DNA of 64,000 nt from Gemmatimonas sp. (GCA_031414535.1 JANNVQ010000030.1:32001-96000); one strand, 5' to 3'; numbered from the stretch's first letter, positions 1-10,822 are shown. A program made the numbers and translations. Notes: a model not told the origin generated them from the sequence alone.

Positions 1-1137
1 AGCCATGACCAAGAGGCGCACGTACTCCTCAGGTTGCAAGCGCATCACGAGCGCGTTGGCCTGAAGCGGACCGCCGCGATCCTTAAAGATGTTGTGTGGC
101 ACCGGCTTGAACTGCACGACAATCTCTGAGCGCCGCTCGGTCAGCCGCTTGCCCGTCCGTAGGTAGAATGGTACCCCACGCCAACGCCAGTTATCCACGT
201 AGGTCTTGATGGCCACAAAGCTTTCCGTTTCCGAAGGCTTACCGCAGTCCGCCTCGTAGCTCGACACGAGCTCCCCCTGCACCGCGCCCTGACCGTACTG
301 GCCCGTGACCACGTCGCCAGCGGCAACGGGGCGCAAGGCGCGTAGCACCTTTACCTTCTCGTCGCGAATGGACGTGGCATCGCGGTTCGCCGGCGGCTCC
401 ATGGCCGTGAGCGCCAGAAGCTGCAGCATGTGGTTCTGCACCATATCGCGCAGGGCGCCAGTCTCATCATAGAAGCCGGCCCGTCCCTCCAATCCCACGG
501 TCTCGCTCACGGTGATCTGCACGTGCTCAATGGCATTTGCGTTCCACAGCGGCTCAAAGAGCATGTTACCAAAGCGCAGGGCCATCAGGTTCTGCACCGT
601 CTCCTTGCCCAAATAGTGGTCAATGCGGAAGGTGCGGCTCTCCGGGAACACGGCGTTCACCGCGTCATTAATTGACCGGCTGCTGGCGAGGTCCTGGCCG
701 AGCGGTTTTTCGAGGCCGATGCGCACATCGGCGCCTGAGAGTCCAGCGGCGTGCAGGCCCTTGATGGTGGCCTCAAACAGCGCCGGAGCCGTGGACAAGA
801 AAATGGAAAGTCCAGCGGAGATGTCACCAATACTGGCAGCGAGCGCCGCAAATCCCTCCGGCTTCGTTGCATCCAAAGCCTGATAGCGCAGGCGGGTCAG
901 AAAGGCGGCCATCTTGGCCTCGTCCTTTCGGTCCTCGGGCACGAAGCTCCTGAGCGATTCCAGGGCCAAGGCCCGGTAGCTCTCATCATTGTGCTCGCTC
1001 CGCGCCGTGCCAAAAATCCGCAGGCCGGGGGCAATCAGGCCGTCAGCGTGCAGGGCGTAGAGCGACGGCAACAGCATCCGCTTGGCGAGGTCGCCGGTGG
1101 CACCGAACAACAGGAGGGTCTGGCTATGCAGGCTCAT
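1..1137 (-). CDS. zwf: Glucose-6-phosphate 1-dehydrogenase (3' end runs off the window)
   Basis: Absent from the ORF track. Manual translation from ATG 1137 gives MSLHSQTLLLFGATGDLAKR (NADP-binding motif) and FRIDHYLGKE near 600-630, the G6PD signature. Confidence 0.96.
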   Translation of the reverse strand, partial: MSLHSQTLLLFGATGDLAKRMLLPSLYALHADGLIAPGLRIFGTARSEHNDESYRALALESLRSFVPEDRKDEAKMAAFLTRLRYQALDATKPEGFAALAASIGDISAGLSIFLSTAPALFEATIKGLHAAGLSGADVRIGLEKPLGQDLASSRSINDAVNAVFPESRTFRIDHYLGKETVQNLMALRFGNMLFEPLWNANAIEHVQITVSETVGLEGRAGFYDETGALRDMVQNHMLQLLALTAMEPPANRDATSIRDEKVKVLRALRPVAAGDVVTGQYGQGAVQGELVSSYEADCGKPSETESFVAIKTYVDNWRWRGVPFYLRTGKRLTERRSEIVVQFKPVPHNIFKDRGGPLQANALVMRLQPEEYVRLLVMA

Positions 1138-1177
1138 CCCGGGAATCTTCCTTCAAGGGGGTGGTTCAGGCAAATCC

Positions 1178-1227
1178 TTGACAGCGTACGGGTAAAAGTA
1201 GCACTTTGTTTGGCGTCCGAACAAAGT
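1178..1227 (+). promoter_or_regulatory. Putative sigma70 promoter with ROK-type operator
   Basis: TTGACA at 1178-1183, followed by the imperfect palindrome ACTTTGTTTG-GCGTC-CGAACAAAGT at 1203-1227, which matches the site at 14020-14042. Confidence 0.75.
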
Positions 1228-1287
1228 CCCCTGGGTATCATCCACAGATACCATCCATCTCCGACCACGCGCCTGCGTGGAGGCATT

Positions 1288-4200
1288 ATGGGATCCACTG
1301 GTCGCGCCGCGCTCGTCTTCTCCCTTCTCGCGGTGTTCGCCCCCGCGCCCGTGGACGGGCAGTCCGCCCTACCGGTGGTCCGGGTGACCTCTGACCCCGC
1401 CGGTCAGCGTCTGCAGGTGGACGGCCGGGACTTCTTCGTAAAGGGTGTGAACTGGGACTACTTCCCGGTGGGCACCAACTACGCGTTCTCCCTCTGGACC
1501 CAGCCCGACAACATTATCTCAGAAGCCCTCGACCGTGAGATGGGGCTGCTCCGCACCATGGGGGTGAATGCCATCCGCGTGTACAATGGCATCCCGGCCC
1601 GCTGGGTCCGCTACATCTATGAAAAGCACGCCATCTGGACGGTCGTGAATCATCCCTTGGGCCGTTACGGTCTCACGGTGGATGGGACTTGGATGCCCCA
1701 GACCGACTACTCCAACCCACGCGTCCGCCAGCTCATCCTGGCCGAAGTCGCAGCCATGACCGCTGAGCTCAAGGACACGCCGGGCGTACTCTTCTGGCTC
1801 CTCGGGAACGAGAACAATTACGGCCTCGAGTGGCGCTCCGCAGCCACGGAAAACCTCCCCGCTGGCGAGCGTCAGGCCGCGAAGGCCCGCTTCCTCTACT
1901 CGCTGTACGGCGAGGCCGTGCAGCAAATCCACGGCAGCGATGCCCGCCCGGTCGCGATGGCCAACGGCGACCTCCAGTACCTCGACATCATCGCCCAGGA
2001 AGTGAAGGGGCTCGACCTCTTCGGCTCCAATGTGTACCGGGGTCAGTCCTTCCGTGACCTGTTCATGCGCGTGAAGGAGACGCTGGGCATCCCCGTGGTG
2101 TTCACGGAGTTCGGCTCAGACGCCTGGAACTCACGCGATGAGCGCGAAGACCAGGCCTCGCAGGCCGCCGTGGTACTCAAGCAATGGGAAGAGATTTACG
2201 CCAACACCGCCGGCAAGGGCCTCGCCGGCAACGCCATCGGCGGCCTCACCTTCCAATGGTCCGACGGATGGTGGAAGTACGGTCAGGAAACGGGCCTCGA
2301 TGTGCACGATGTCAACGCGTCGTGGGCCAACGAAGCCTATCCGTCCGACTTCGTGCAGGGCCAGAACAACATGAACGAAGAGTGGTGGGGCATCATGGCC
2401 AAGGGCCCCGCTGACACCCGCTACCAGTACGACCTGTATCCGCGCGCGCTCTTTTATGGATTGCAGCAGGCCTACCTGTTGGATCCCTACGCGGCCGGTA
2501 CGGACCGCACACGCATCGCGCAGCACTTCAGCAACATCAACGTCGCCGCACTTGCGCTGCAAGCGCGTGCGAGCCAGCCGGCATCAGCCAGCAACTCGAG
2601 CAAGGTGAGCGTGCGCGGCATGCGCATGGAACTCTCCACCTACCAGACGGGCGGCGACCGCATCAGCACACCCCGCGGCGGCTCCTCCGTCTCCACGCAG
2701 TACCCGGCCTTCCAAGGCTTCGACCGCATGGAATCATTCTATGTGGAATTCGAAGCCAAACCCACCGAGCGCGTGACCGCTCGACTCGCACTCAATGTGC
2801 TTGGTTCGGTGGCCGAGAACCCGATTGATCAGATCTTCTACGAGAATCGCGGTCGTGCACAGATCGTGAACACGACCACCGGCAGCCAGCTCACGTCCGA
2901 CATCGAACGCCTGCGCGTCTATCAAGCCAGCGTCACCTGGGATGAAGCCAATTTCCGCCTTGATGCCTTCAATCGCACCGGCCATTACCACTGGGGCTAC
3001 GAAGGCGACTTCTTTGGCATCTACAGAGAAGCGAACTACGGCCGCAACATTGACATCTACAATGGCGATGCGCCGCTCGGCATGGAATTCACGGGCAAGC
3101 GCAGCTTCGAAGGCCTGAAGTTCGCCATCGGTCCGGAACTGTGGTGGGGCGCCAATCCGGCGGCCATCATCAAGTACCGCCGCAACGTGCTCGGCTTCGT
3201 CGTCACGGGCTTGTTCCAAGAAGACATCGCGCGCAACAATCCTGGCGCGGCGCAGAGTTCGTTTGCGATTCCTATTCCACAGGCTCGTCGCGCCACCCTG
3301 CACGCCTCCACGATGGTCGGGCCCTTCGGCGTGGAAGTGGGTGGCATCTGGTCCGGCGGCTCACGCATGGGCCAGACCTTCCAGTTCGTGGAGGGCACAT
3401 CGGGCGCCTACACGGTTTTTGAAGACCAGATCAACGGTAGCGACGCCATCGGCGGCAAGGCCAAGGTCACCTTCAGCCGCGGTCGCTTGAACTGGTACGC
3501 GCAGGCCGCCTCCATGGGCCTCATCGCCGACGGTGGACCCACCAGCGTGCAGACGTTCACCGGTTGGTCGCTCAAGGACACGGGCCTTAACAATCAATTC
3601 AACGTCCTCTCCGGCTTCACGTGGTTGATGGGCTCGCTGTCCATCGCACCCAACTTCCTGTATCAGGTGCCAATCGTCGGCCCCATTCCCAACGACGCAC
3701 CCCCTCCAGCTCGCAAGCGCAACGTCATCGAGGATCCCTTCGCCGTGCGCGCCAATCGCGAAACGGTCGGCGGCGAACTGCTGCTCACCTGGGACCCCAC
3801 GCCGGCCACCTGGATGTACCAGTGGGACAATGACATGCGCGAGGACGCCCGCTTCGCGGCAAGCCTCGGGTACACCTTCCGCCACATGCCCACGCAGCAG
3901 GACGCCGCCATCGGCATCTTGGGCGACGGTCGCACCACCTTTGCCTTCCCGGGTTCGACGCCGGCTCGCGACCTCTGGGAAGTCCGTGCGCGTGTCATCA
4001 CGCGACTCGGCGACAATACGCGCGTGATCGTGAATGGACTCGTCGGTACCGCCGAGCCCAATGGCGATAGCCAGCGCTTGGTGAGCCGTTCGAGCCTAGA
4101 CCTCCGCCTCGTGCACAAGCAGTTGAAGATCGTTGGCGCCGCCAAGCTGAATGACTTCGGCCCGTATGACTATCACCGCGACTTCAACCTCACATTCCCG

Positions 4201-4434
4201 CGGCAATACATGCTCGACGCGTCGTACGCGCTCACGCGTCCGCAGTGGTGGGATGTACCGGAGACGAAGTTCGGCATCCGCGGCACGCTTCGCTCACTCG
4301 ATCGCTACTCACCGCGGTACTGCCCGACCCAGGTGCCCGATGGCACGGGCACCCCGGTTTGCGATCCGCTCGCGCCAGGGTTCGCGCTGGGCCGCGAGTG
4401 GGAAATCCGCAGCTACGTCATGGTGGCCTGGTAA
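1288..4434 (+). CDS. Exported GH-A clan (GH2-TIM-like) glycoside hydrolase with C-terminal beta-strand-rich, barrel-like domain, 1048 aa
   Basis: GGAGG RBS before ATG 1288 and a signal peptide. LGNEN (acid/base) and FTEFG (nucleophile) motifs. The C-terminal ~600 aa show alternating aromatic strands and end in Trp. Confidence 0.8.
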   Translation: MGSTGRAALVFSLLAVFAPAPVDGQSALPVVRVTSDPAGQRLQVDGRDFFVKGVNWDYFPVGTNYAFSLWTQPDNIISEALDREMGLLRTMGVNAIRVYNGIPARWVRYIYEKHAIWTVVNHPLGRYGLTVDGTWMPQTDYSNPRVRQLILAEVAAMTAELKDTPGVLFWLLGNENNYGLEWRSAATENLPAGERQAAKARFLYSLYGEAVQQIHGSDARPVAMANGDLQYLDIIAQEVKGLDLFGSNVYRGQSFRDLFMRVKETLGIPVVFTEFGSDAWNSRDEREDQASQAAVVLKQWEEIYANTAGKGLAGNAIGGLTFQWSDGWWKYGQETGLDVHDVNASWANEAYPSDFVQGQNNMNEEWWGIMAKGPADTRYQYDLYPRALFYGLQQAYLLDPYAAGTDRTRIAQHFSNINVAALALQARASQPASASNSSKVSVRGMRMELSTYQTGGDRISTPRGGSSVSTQYPAFQGFDRMESFYVEFEAKPTERVTARLALNVLGSVAENPIDQIFYENRGRAQIVNTTTGSQLTSDIERLRVYQASVTWDEANFRLDAFNRTGHYHWGYEGDFFGIYREANYGRNIDIYNGDAPLGMEFTGKRSFEGLKFAIGPELWWGANPAAIIKYRRNVLGFVVTGLFQEDIARNNPGAAQSSFAIPIPQARRATLHASTMVGPFGVEVGGIWSGGSRMGQTFQFVEGTSGAYTVFEDQINGSDAIGGKAKVTFSRGRLNWYAQAASMGLIADGGPTSVQTFTGWSLKDTGLNNQFNVLSGFTWLMGSLSIAPNFLYQVPIVGPIPNDAPPPARKRNVIEDPFAVRANRETVGGELLLTWDPTPATWMYQWDNDMREDARFAASLGYTFRHMPTQQDAAIGILGDGRTTFAFPGSTPARDLWEVRARVITRLGDNTRVIVNGLVGTAEPNGDSQRLVSRSSLDLRLVHKQLKIVGAAKLNDFGPYDYHRDFNLTFPRQYMLDASYALTRPQWWDVPETKFGIRGTLRSLDRYSPRYCPTQVPDGTGTPVCDPLAPGFALGREWEIRSYVMVAW

Positions 4435-4444
4435 GGTGACAGCA

Positions 4445-6640
4445 ATGGATGTGCAGGAAGAAATGAGCGTGGCAGAACGCGTACAAGAACTCCTCGGGCG
4501 CATGACGCTCGAGGAGAAGATTGGGCAGCTACAGATGATGCCCGCCGGCGGCTGGCACGTGCCCGACCATCTGCGGGACGCCATCCGCGGCGGTCGCGTG
4601 GGCTCGGTGCTCAACGAGGTGCACGTGGAGACGGTGAACGAACTACAGCGCCTCGCCACGCAGGAAAGCCGCCTCGGTATTCCGTTGCTCGTGGGGCGTG
4701 ATGTTATTCACGGGTTCAAGACGGTGTTTCCCATTCCGCTTGGGCAAGCGGCCACCTGGAATCCGGAGATCGTGGAGAGTGGAGCCCGCATCGCAGCACT
4801 CGAAGCCGCAAGCCACGGCGTGAACTGGACCTTCGCACCAATGCTCGATGTGGGACGTGATCCCCGTTGGGGCCGTGTGGCCGAGGGCTTCGGGGAAGAC
4901 CCTTATCTAATTGGCGTGATGGGCGCTGCCTCCGTGCGCGGCTATCAGGGGAAGCGCTTGGACGAAGTGGGGAGCATCGCGGCCTGCGCCAAGCACTTCG
5001 CTGGCTATGGTGCCTCCGAGAGTGGCCGCGACTACAACACAACCAACATCCCAGAGAACGAACTGCGCAACGTCCACCTGCCGCCTTTCTCGGCGGCGGT
5101 AGATGCAGGGTGCGCGACCATCATGACCTCGTTCTCTGATATTGATGGGATTCCCGCCACCGCCAATGAATTCTTGCTGCGCCGCGTCCTCCGCGGCGAG
5201 TGGGAATTCGATGGTGTGGTGGTGAGCGACTGGGAATCCATCCGTCAACTTGCCGTACACGGGCTCACCGAAGGCGATCGGGATTCGGCAGTCGAGGCCG
5301 CCACCGCTGGCGTTGATGTGGAGATGACGAGCACCGCGTATCGCGACCACCTCGCTTCGCTCATCGAGGAAGGCCGGATCCCGCTCGCCACCTTGGATGC
5401 GCTGGTGGCCAACATCCTCGCGCTCAAGTTCAAGCTCGGCTTGTTTGAATCGCCGATGACGGACGCAAACGCCTTCCCGGCCATCGGTGCGCCCGCGCAT
5501 CTCGCCGCGGCACGCGCTGCCGCCACCGAGAGTGTGGTACTCCTCAAGAACGCGCACGGGATGCTGCCCCTCAATGCGGCACACATCTCGCGCCTCGCCG
5601 TCATTGGCCCCTTCGCGGACGACGCGCACGAGCAGCTTGGTACGTGGATCTTTGACGGCGATGCTGGAATGAGCGTGCCGCTGTTACCTGCCCTGCGCTC
5701 GATGCATCCCGAAATGGAAATTGTGCACGCGCGGGGTCTCGCGACCGGGCGCAGCCACGACCATCACGGGTTCGCCGAGGCCGTTTCTGCGGCCGAACAG
5801 AGCGATGCGGTTGTACTCGTGCTTGGCGAGGAGGCCATCCTTTCAGGCGAAGCGCATTGTCGCAGCGACATCACGCTTCCTGGCGCCCAAGAGGCGCTGA
5901 TTGAGGCTATCGCTGCCACTGGTAAGCCTGTGGTTCTCGTCCTGATGGCGGGCCGCGCACTCGCACTGGAATCCGTGGTGCCAAAGGTTCACGCCCTGCT
6001 CTATGCTTGGCATCCGGGTACGATGGGCGGGCCAGCACTCGCGGACCTACTGTTTGGCCGCATTGCGCCGAGCGGCAAGCTGCCGGTCACGCTTCCCCGC
6101 GTGACGGGCCAGATTCCCATTTACTACGCGCAGAAGCGCACGGGAAAGCCGCCCACGCCGGAGTCCGTCGTGCGCATGGAAGACATTCCGGCGCGCGCCG
6201 AGCAGCTGTCCATCGGCAACACGTCTTTTCACTTGGACGTGCATCCCTCTCCGCTATTTCCCTTTGGCTATGGCCTCTCGTACACCAGCTTCCATTACGA
6301 GAACCTGCAGCTGAGCAGCCACCACCTGAAGCGAGGGGAGTCGCTCATCATCACGGTGGATTTGAGCAACGCGGGTGCTCACGAAGCAACCGAAGTCGTG
6401 CAGTTGTATGCGCGAGACCCCGTGGCCAGCGTGACGAGACCTGTGCGCGAACTGAAGGCATTTGCACGCATAACTCTCGCGCCCGGCGAGCGCCGTCAGG
6501 TATCGTTCACCCTCAAGTCCAGTGACCTGGCCTTCTTTGGACGCGCCATGACCCAAGTGGTTGAGCCTGGCCAGTTTCACCTCTGGGTGGGCGGCAGCAG
6601 CGAGGCCGAGCTACACCAAGAGTTCACGTTGGTTGATTGA
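4445..6640 (+). CDS. bglX: GH3 beta-glucosidase (BglX-like, C-terminal Fn3 domain)
   Basis: MTLEEKIGQL, DVIHG, RDPRWGR, KHFAG and VSDW motifs, with an Fn3-like tail (EVVQLY...ELKAF). No signal peptide. Alternative start at 4463. Confidence 0.92.
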   Translation: MDVQEEMSVAERVQELLGRMTLEEKIGQLQMMPAGGWHVPDHLRDAIRGGRVGSVLNEVHVETVNELQRLATQESRLGIPLLVGRDVIHGFKTVFPIPLGQAATWNPEIVESGARIAALEAASHGVNWTFAPMLDVGRDPRWGRVAEGFGEDPYLIGVMGAASVRGYQGKRLDEVGSIAACAKHFAGYGASESGRDYNTTNIPENELRNVHLPPFSAAVDAGCATIMTSFSDIDGIPATANEFLLRRVLRGEWEFDGVVVSDWESIRQLAVHGLTEGDRDSAVEAATAGVDVEMTSTAYRDHLASLIEEGRIPLATLDALVANILALKFKLGLFESPMTDANAFPAIGAPAHLAAARAAATESVVLLKNAHGMLPLNAAHISRLAVIGPFADDAHEQLGTWIFDGDAGMSVPLLPALRSMHPEMEIVHARGLATGRSHDHHGFAEAVSAAEQSDAVVLVLGEEAILSGEAHCRSDITLPGAQEALIEAIAATGKPVVLVLMAGRALALESVVPKVHALLYAWHPGTMGGPALADLLFGRIAPSGKLPVTLPRVTGQIPIYYAQKRTGKPPTPESVVRMEDIPARAEQLSIGNTSFHLDVHPSPLFPFGYGLSYTSFHYENLQLSSHHLKRGESLIITVDLSNAGAHEATEVVQLYARDPVASVTRPVRELKAFARITLAPGERRQVSFTLKSSDLAFFGRAMTQVVEPGQFHLWVGGSSEAELHQEFTLVD

Positions 6641-6650
6641 CCTTACTGAA

Positions 6651-8450
6651 ATGACTGCGACCCTGACTACCATGGATGCCAAAACCCGCGCGGAGTCCCT
6701 CCTGGGGCAGATGCGCCTCGAACATAAGCTCGGCCAGATGATCCAAGCTGAGCGCGCCAGTACGACCCCCGACGACGTGGAGCGCTATCACCTCGGCTCC
6801 GTGTTGAGCGGTGGCGGCAGTGTACCGGGAGCCAACCGTGTGGAGGATTGGGTGGCCATGAACGACGCCTACTGGATGGCGTCCATGAGCACGGCCGATG
6901 GCCGCATGCCCATTCCTCTGCTCTATGCTATTGATGCCATTCACGGCAACGCCAATGTGCTTGGCGCGACCGTGTTTCCACATAATATCGGGCTCGGCGC
7001 GGCGCGCGATCCGGAATTGATTGAACGTCTCGCCCGCGTCTGCGCCGAAGAAGTGCTGGCCACGGGTCTCGATTGGACGTTTGCCCCCACGCTGGCCGTG
7101 GTGCGCAACATCAAGTGGGGCCGCACCTACGAGAGCTTCTCGGAAGATTCCGACGTGGTAGCCTCGTATGCGGCGCAGTACGTGCGCGGCCTGCAGGGCG
7201 CGCTGGACGACAACGGCGTGATTGCCTGCGCCAAGCATTGGATTGGCGATGGCGGCACCACCGGTGGCGTGGACCAAGGCAATACCGCCATCTCTGAAGA
7301 CGAGCTCCTGCGGGTGCACTCGGCGCCGTATCTCCCAGCCCTGCAGGCCGGCGTCCTCACCGTGATGGCCTCCTTCAATAGCTGGAACCACGAGAAGTGC
7401 CACGCCTCACGCTACCTGCTGACGGACGTGCTCAAGGGCCGACTGGGCTTCGATGGCTTCGTGGTGTCCGATTGGGACGGCGTAGATCAGCTCGACACTG
7501 ATTTGGCCACGGCGCTCGCGACCGCAATCAACGCCGGCGTAGACATGGTCATGGTGTCGGTGGACTGGAAGCGCATGCTGGGCACGCTGCGGCAGTTGGT
7601 GGAAGACGGCCGCGTACCGGAGTCGCGCATTGATGACGCCGTGCGACGTATTCTCGAAGTGAAGGCCCGCGCCGGACTATTTGAGCGCGCGCGGCCCGCC
7701 GATCGTCCGTGGGCGAATAGCGATTCGTTCGGCGGCGCCGCGCACCGTGCCATCGCGCGCGAAGCTGTGCAGAAGTCGCTGGTGCTGCTCAAGCATGAGG
7801 GTGGCCTACTGCCCGTGTCCAAGAACGCGCGCTTGCTTGTTGCCGGTAAGAACGCCAACGACCGCGGCCATCAGTGCGGTGGCTTCACCGTGGAGTGGCA
7901 GGGCACGCACGGCAACGACCGCATCGTCGGCGGCACGTCCATCTGGGAAGGCATTCACGCAGTCGCGCCGCAGGCCGAACTGAGCTGGGACGGCTCGGCA
8001 GCCGACAAGAGCAAGCACGACGTGGCCATCGTCGTGATTGGTGAAGCGCCGTACGCCGAAGGCATGGGTGATATCCGGCACGGCGGTGCAGTGGCGCGAG
8101 GCTCGGGAGTGCAAACCATGACCAACCTCGCGCCATATGGAAGCACACTGGTGCTTGCAGAGCGGCATCCGGAAGACTTGGCCACCATCCAGCGGATTCG
8201 GGCGGAGGGCATCCCTGTAATCGCCGTGCTCGTGAGCGGGCGTCCGCTGGTCACCAACGCAGAGATGGCGGCCTCACAGGCCTTTGTGGCGGCTTGGCTG
8301 CCCGGTTCTGAGGGCGCTGGCGTAGCCGACGTGCTCTTCGGCGATGTCCAATTCCGCGGCACCCTTCCCTTCACCTGGCCGTCCACCGATGAAGGTGCGC
8401 ACGGCCAGATGGTGGCGGCCTTCCCGCACGGCTACAGCGTCACGCTGTAG
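6651..8450 (+). CDS. GH3 exo-beta-glucanase/beta-glucosidase
   Basis: LGSVLSGGG, DAIHG, FPHNIGLGA, WGRTYES, KHWIGDG, VSDW and AWLPGSEG motifs. No signal peptide. Confidence 0.92.
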   Translation: MTATLTTMDAKTRAESLLGQMRLEHKLGQMIQAERASTTPDDVERYHLGSVLSGGGSVPGANRVEDWVAMNDAYWMASMSTADGRMPIPLLYAIDAIHGNANVLGATVFPHNIGLGAARDPELIERLARVCAEEVLATGLDWTFAPTLAVVRNIKWGRTYESFSEDSDVVASYAAQYVRGLQGALDDNGVIACAKHWIGDGGTTGGVDQGNTAISEDELLRVHSAPYLPALQAGVLTVMASFNSWNHEKCHASRYLLTDVLKGRLGFDGFVVSDWDGVDQLDTDLATALATAINAGVDMVMVSVDWKRMLGTLRQLVEDGRVPESRIDDAVRRILEVKARAGLFERARPADRPWANSDSFGGAAHRAIAREAVQKSLVLLKHEGGLLPVSKNARLLVAGKNANDRGHQCGGFTVEWQGTHGNDRIVGGTSIWEGIHAVAPQAELSWDGSAADKSKHDVAIVVIGEAPYAEGMGDIRHGGAVARGSGVQTMTNLAPYGSTLVLAERHPEDLATIQRIRAEGIPVIAVLVSGRPLVTNAEMAASQAFVAAWLPGSEGAGVADVLFGDVQFRGTLPFTWPSTDEGAHGQMVAAFPHGYSVTL

Positions 8451-8468
8451 CCGCGGTCTTTACTCGAG

Positions 8469-10028
8469 CTACACCGACGCCGTCGCAGCCTTCTCGCTGC
8501 GGCGGCGTTCGAGTTCCTCGCGGGTTACGTGCGCCCGCTCTTCGGTGATTGGATACGAGGCGATCATCCAAATCGCCAGCATGGACGTGGCCATCGGCAC
8601 AAACACGTCAAAGAGGCGCAGGAGCAAGAGCGTGCGCTCCGTCTGTGCTCCACCAAGCGCGACGTCAAAGCCGGTCGCGTTGAGCAGGAAGCCGCCAGCT
8701 GCGAGCGCCGCGGCCATACCCACCTTGACCACCCACCAGAAGATGGAGCCAAACATGCCCTCGCGGCGCTCATTGGACGTCAGCTCGTCCTCATCCACGA
8801 CGTCAGCAATCATCGAGCCCATGAGCGTGAAGAGGCCGCCGAGGCCAAATGCGATGAGCGGTGCCGGCAGTAACACCAACCACGGACGCTCGGTGTCGTA
8901 GCAGAACCACTTGAGCCCGTAGCCCAGCACGGACATGCCCGTGGAGAAGAAGAAGGCCTTCCGCTTGCCTACCTGGGTGGCGAGCCAGGTGACGATCGTG
9001 ATGACCACGAAAGTGGAGATGGCGCCAAGCGTGCCATTGTACCCGGCCCACTTCGCGCCCGCCTCCTGATCGCCGCCAAACACGTAGTAGATGATCACGT
9101 ACGAAGAGAACGACGAGATCATGATGAAGCCGTTGAACACCAGGAACGTGGCGCCGCAGAGCTTGAGATACGGCTTGGTACCGATGGTGCTCTTAAACCC
9201 CTTGAGGAAGGCGCGCATGTTGCGCGCCAACATTCCGCCGAAGGGCTCGGCGGGAGGAGCGTCCGCCAGCGGGGAACTCAGCGTCTCTTGGACTCGCTCG
9301 CGCAAGAAGATGGCCGGCAGCACGCCGATTACAATTGCCACGGTTCCAATCGCGATCGCCAGACCCTTCGCACCTTCCACCGGCGTCGGGAACCACGGCT
9401 TGTGCGTCATGATCCACAGGAACCATGGCGACACCATGTACGCCAACTGACCGATGAAGTTCTGCACGCCCATGAGGCGCGTGCGCTCATGGTAGTCCGG
9501 CGTGAGTTCGTAGCCAAGCGCCACCCAGGGCGTCGCGAAAATGGTGTAGCCCAGATAAAAAATCGTCGAGCCGATGGTGAAGTACCAGAAGTACCACATC
9601 TCGGTTTTGCCTACGGGCAACCACCACAGTGCGATGTACAGGATGCCCGAAAGCACTGCGCCGACAAAGATATACGGGCGCCGGCGTCCCCAGCGGGAGC
9701 GCGTGTTGTCGGAGATGAAGCCCATCAACGGATCGGTGAGCGCATCCGTGATGCGGGGCAGCGAACTCGCGAGCCCGACGAGCACCGGGTTCACGCCAAG
9801 GCCGAGATTCAAGATGATGAGCATGCCGCCAATCGCGGCGGCCAGCGTGTTGTTTACGAAGGCGCCTAACCCGTAGGCAATCTTCTTCAAGAACGGGATG
9901 CGATCTTCCGGCTTGGTCTCGTAATGCGCGATGGCTATGTGCTCACCGGTCTTCTTGAGCCCCAGCCGCGTATGCCAAGCTGCAATGGCAACGCGGACAA
10001 TGTCTCGCATCTCGTCGCGTGCGCTCAT
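8469..10028 (-). CDS. MFS glycoside-pentoside-hexuronide (GPH) family sugar transporter
   Basis: DPLMGFISDNTRSRWGRRRPY, ELTPDYHERTRL and ADVVDEDE...RREG motifs with many TM segments. The ATG at 10028 overlaps the GH16 stop codon (ATGA). Confidence 0.92.
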   Translation of the reverse strand: MSARDEMRDIVRVAIAAWHTRLGLKKTGEHIAIAHYETKPEDRIPFLKKIAYGLGAFVNNTLAAAIGGMLIILNLGLGVNPVLVGLASSLPRITDALTDPLMGFISDNTRSRWGRRRPYIFVGAVLSGILYIALWWLPVGKTEMWYFWYFTIGSTIFYLGYTIFATPWVALGYELTPDYHERTRLMGVQNFIGQLAYMVSPWFLWIMTHKPWFPTPVEGAKGLAIAIGTVAIVIGVLPAIFLRERVQETLSSPLADAPPAEPFGGMLARNMRAFLKGFKSTIGTKPYLKLCGATFLVFNGFIMISSFSSYVIIYYVFGGDQEAGAKWAGYNGTLGAISTFVVITIVTWLATQVGKRKAFFFSTGMSVLGYGLKWFCYDTERPWLVLLPAPLIAFGLGGLFTLMGSMIADVVDEDELTSNERREGMFGSIFWWVVKVGMAAALAAGGFLLNATGFDVALGGAQTERTLLLLRLFDVFVPMATSMLAIWMIASYPITEERAHVTREELERRRSEKAATASV

Positions 10029-10822
10029 GGCTTCCTCTGGGAGACACGCACCCAATCCACCAACATCTGCTGTGGAAACACCGTCCCGGCACCCACTGGA
10101 CCCACGAAGCCACCACCCACCGCGACGTTCAAGATGATGTAAAAGTCATGATTGTAGACCCAGTCGCCAGTTTGATCGCCGCGGCGCACCAGGTTGTAAA
10201 TCTGCCCATCCACATACCAACGAATCTCGCTCGGATCCCACTCTACCATGTAGATGTGAAAGTCCTCATTGAGCGGGGTGGCGCTGGTGAAGCGCCGCGT
10301 GATGCCGTTGCCCCCCGAGTAGCCAGGGCCATGAAGCGTGCCGTGATTGATGTTTGGCTCCTGCCCACGATACTCCATGATGTCAATCTCGCCGGAGCGC
10401 GGCCAGCTCACTTCCGTGATGTTCGCCCCAAGTAGCCAGAAGGCCGGCCAGATACCTTGGCCCACCGGCAACTTGATGCGCGCCTCGAAGCGACCGTACG
10501 TGAACTCCTGCTTGCCTGCCGTGGTGATGCGCGCCGAGGTGTATTGGCGACCGTTGTAACTCTCGCGGATCGCGGTGATGACCAAATTACCAGTGCCGTC
10601 GAGCGACACGTTCTGCGGACGATCGGTGTCGAACTCCAACTGCGCGTTACCCCAATCGGTGCCGATGTCGTACTTCCAGTTCGCGGCATTGGGCGAGGTC
10701 CCGGCGGCGCCGACGAACTCGTCCTCCCACACCAGTTCGTACGAGCCGAGACCCGTACTCGGGCTACAAGACCCGATGGAGACACCAGCTCCAACCAACG
10801 AAATGAGGGCGCGCAAGGTCAT
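10025..10822 (-). CDS. GH16 endo-beta-1,3-glucanase (laminarinase), probable lipoprotein
   Basis: WPAFW, EIDIME catalytic motif, YTSARI and ILNVAVGG. GGAG RBS before ATG 10822 and a lipobox-like IGSC. Confidence 0.93.
   Translation of the reverse strand: MTLRALISLVGAGVSIGSCSPSTGLGSYELVWEDEFVGAAGTSPNAANWKYDIGTDWGNAQLEFDTDRPQNVSLDGTGNLVITAIRESYNGRQYTSARITTAGKQEFTYGRFEARIKLPVGQGIWPAFWLLGANITEVSWPRSGEIDIMEYRGQEPNINHGTLHGPGYSGGNGITRRFTSATPLNEDFHIYMVEWDPSEIRWYVDGQIYNLVRRGDQTGDWVYNHDFYIILNVAVGGGFVGPVGAGTVFPQQMLVDWVRVSQRKP

Noticed and set aside
751..1287. N-terminal extension of the 1227-aa ORF
   Set aside because: It overlaps zwf on the opposite strand. The RBS and signal peptide support ATG 1288.
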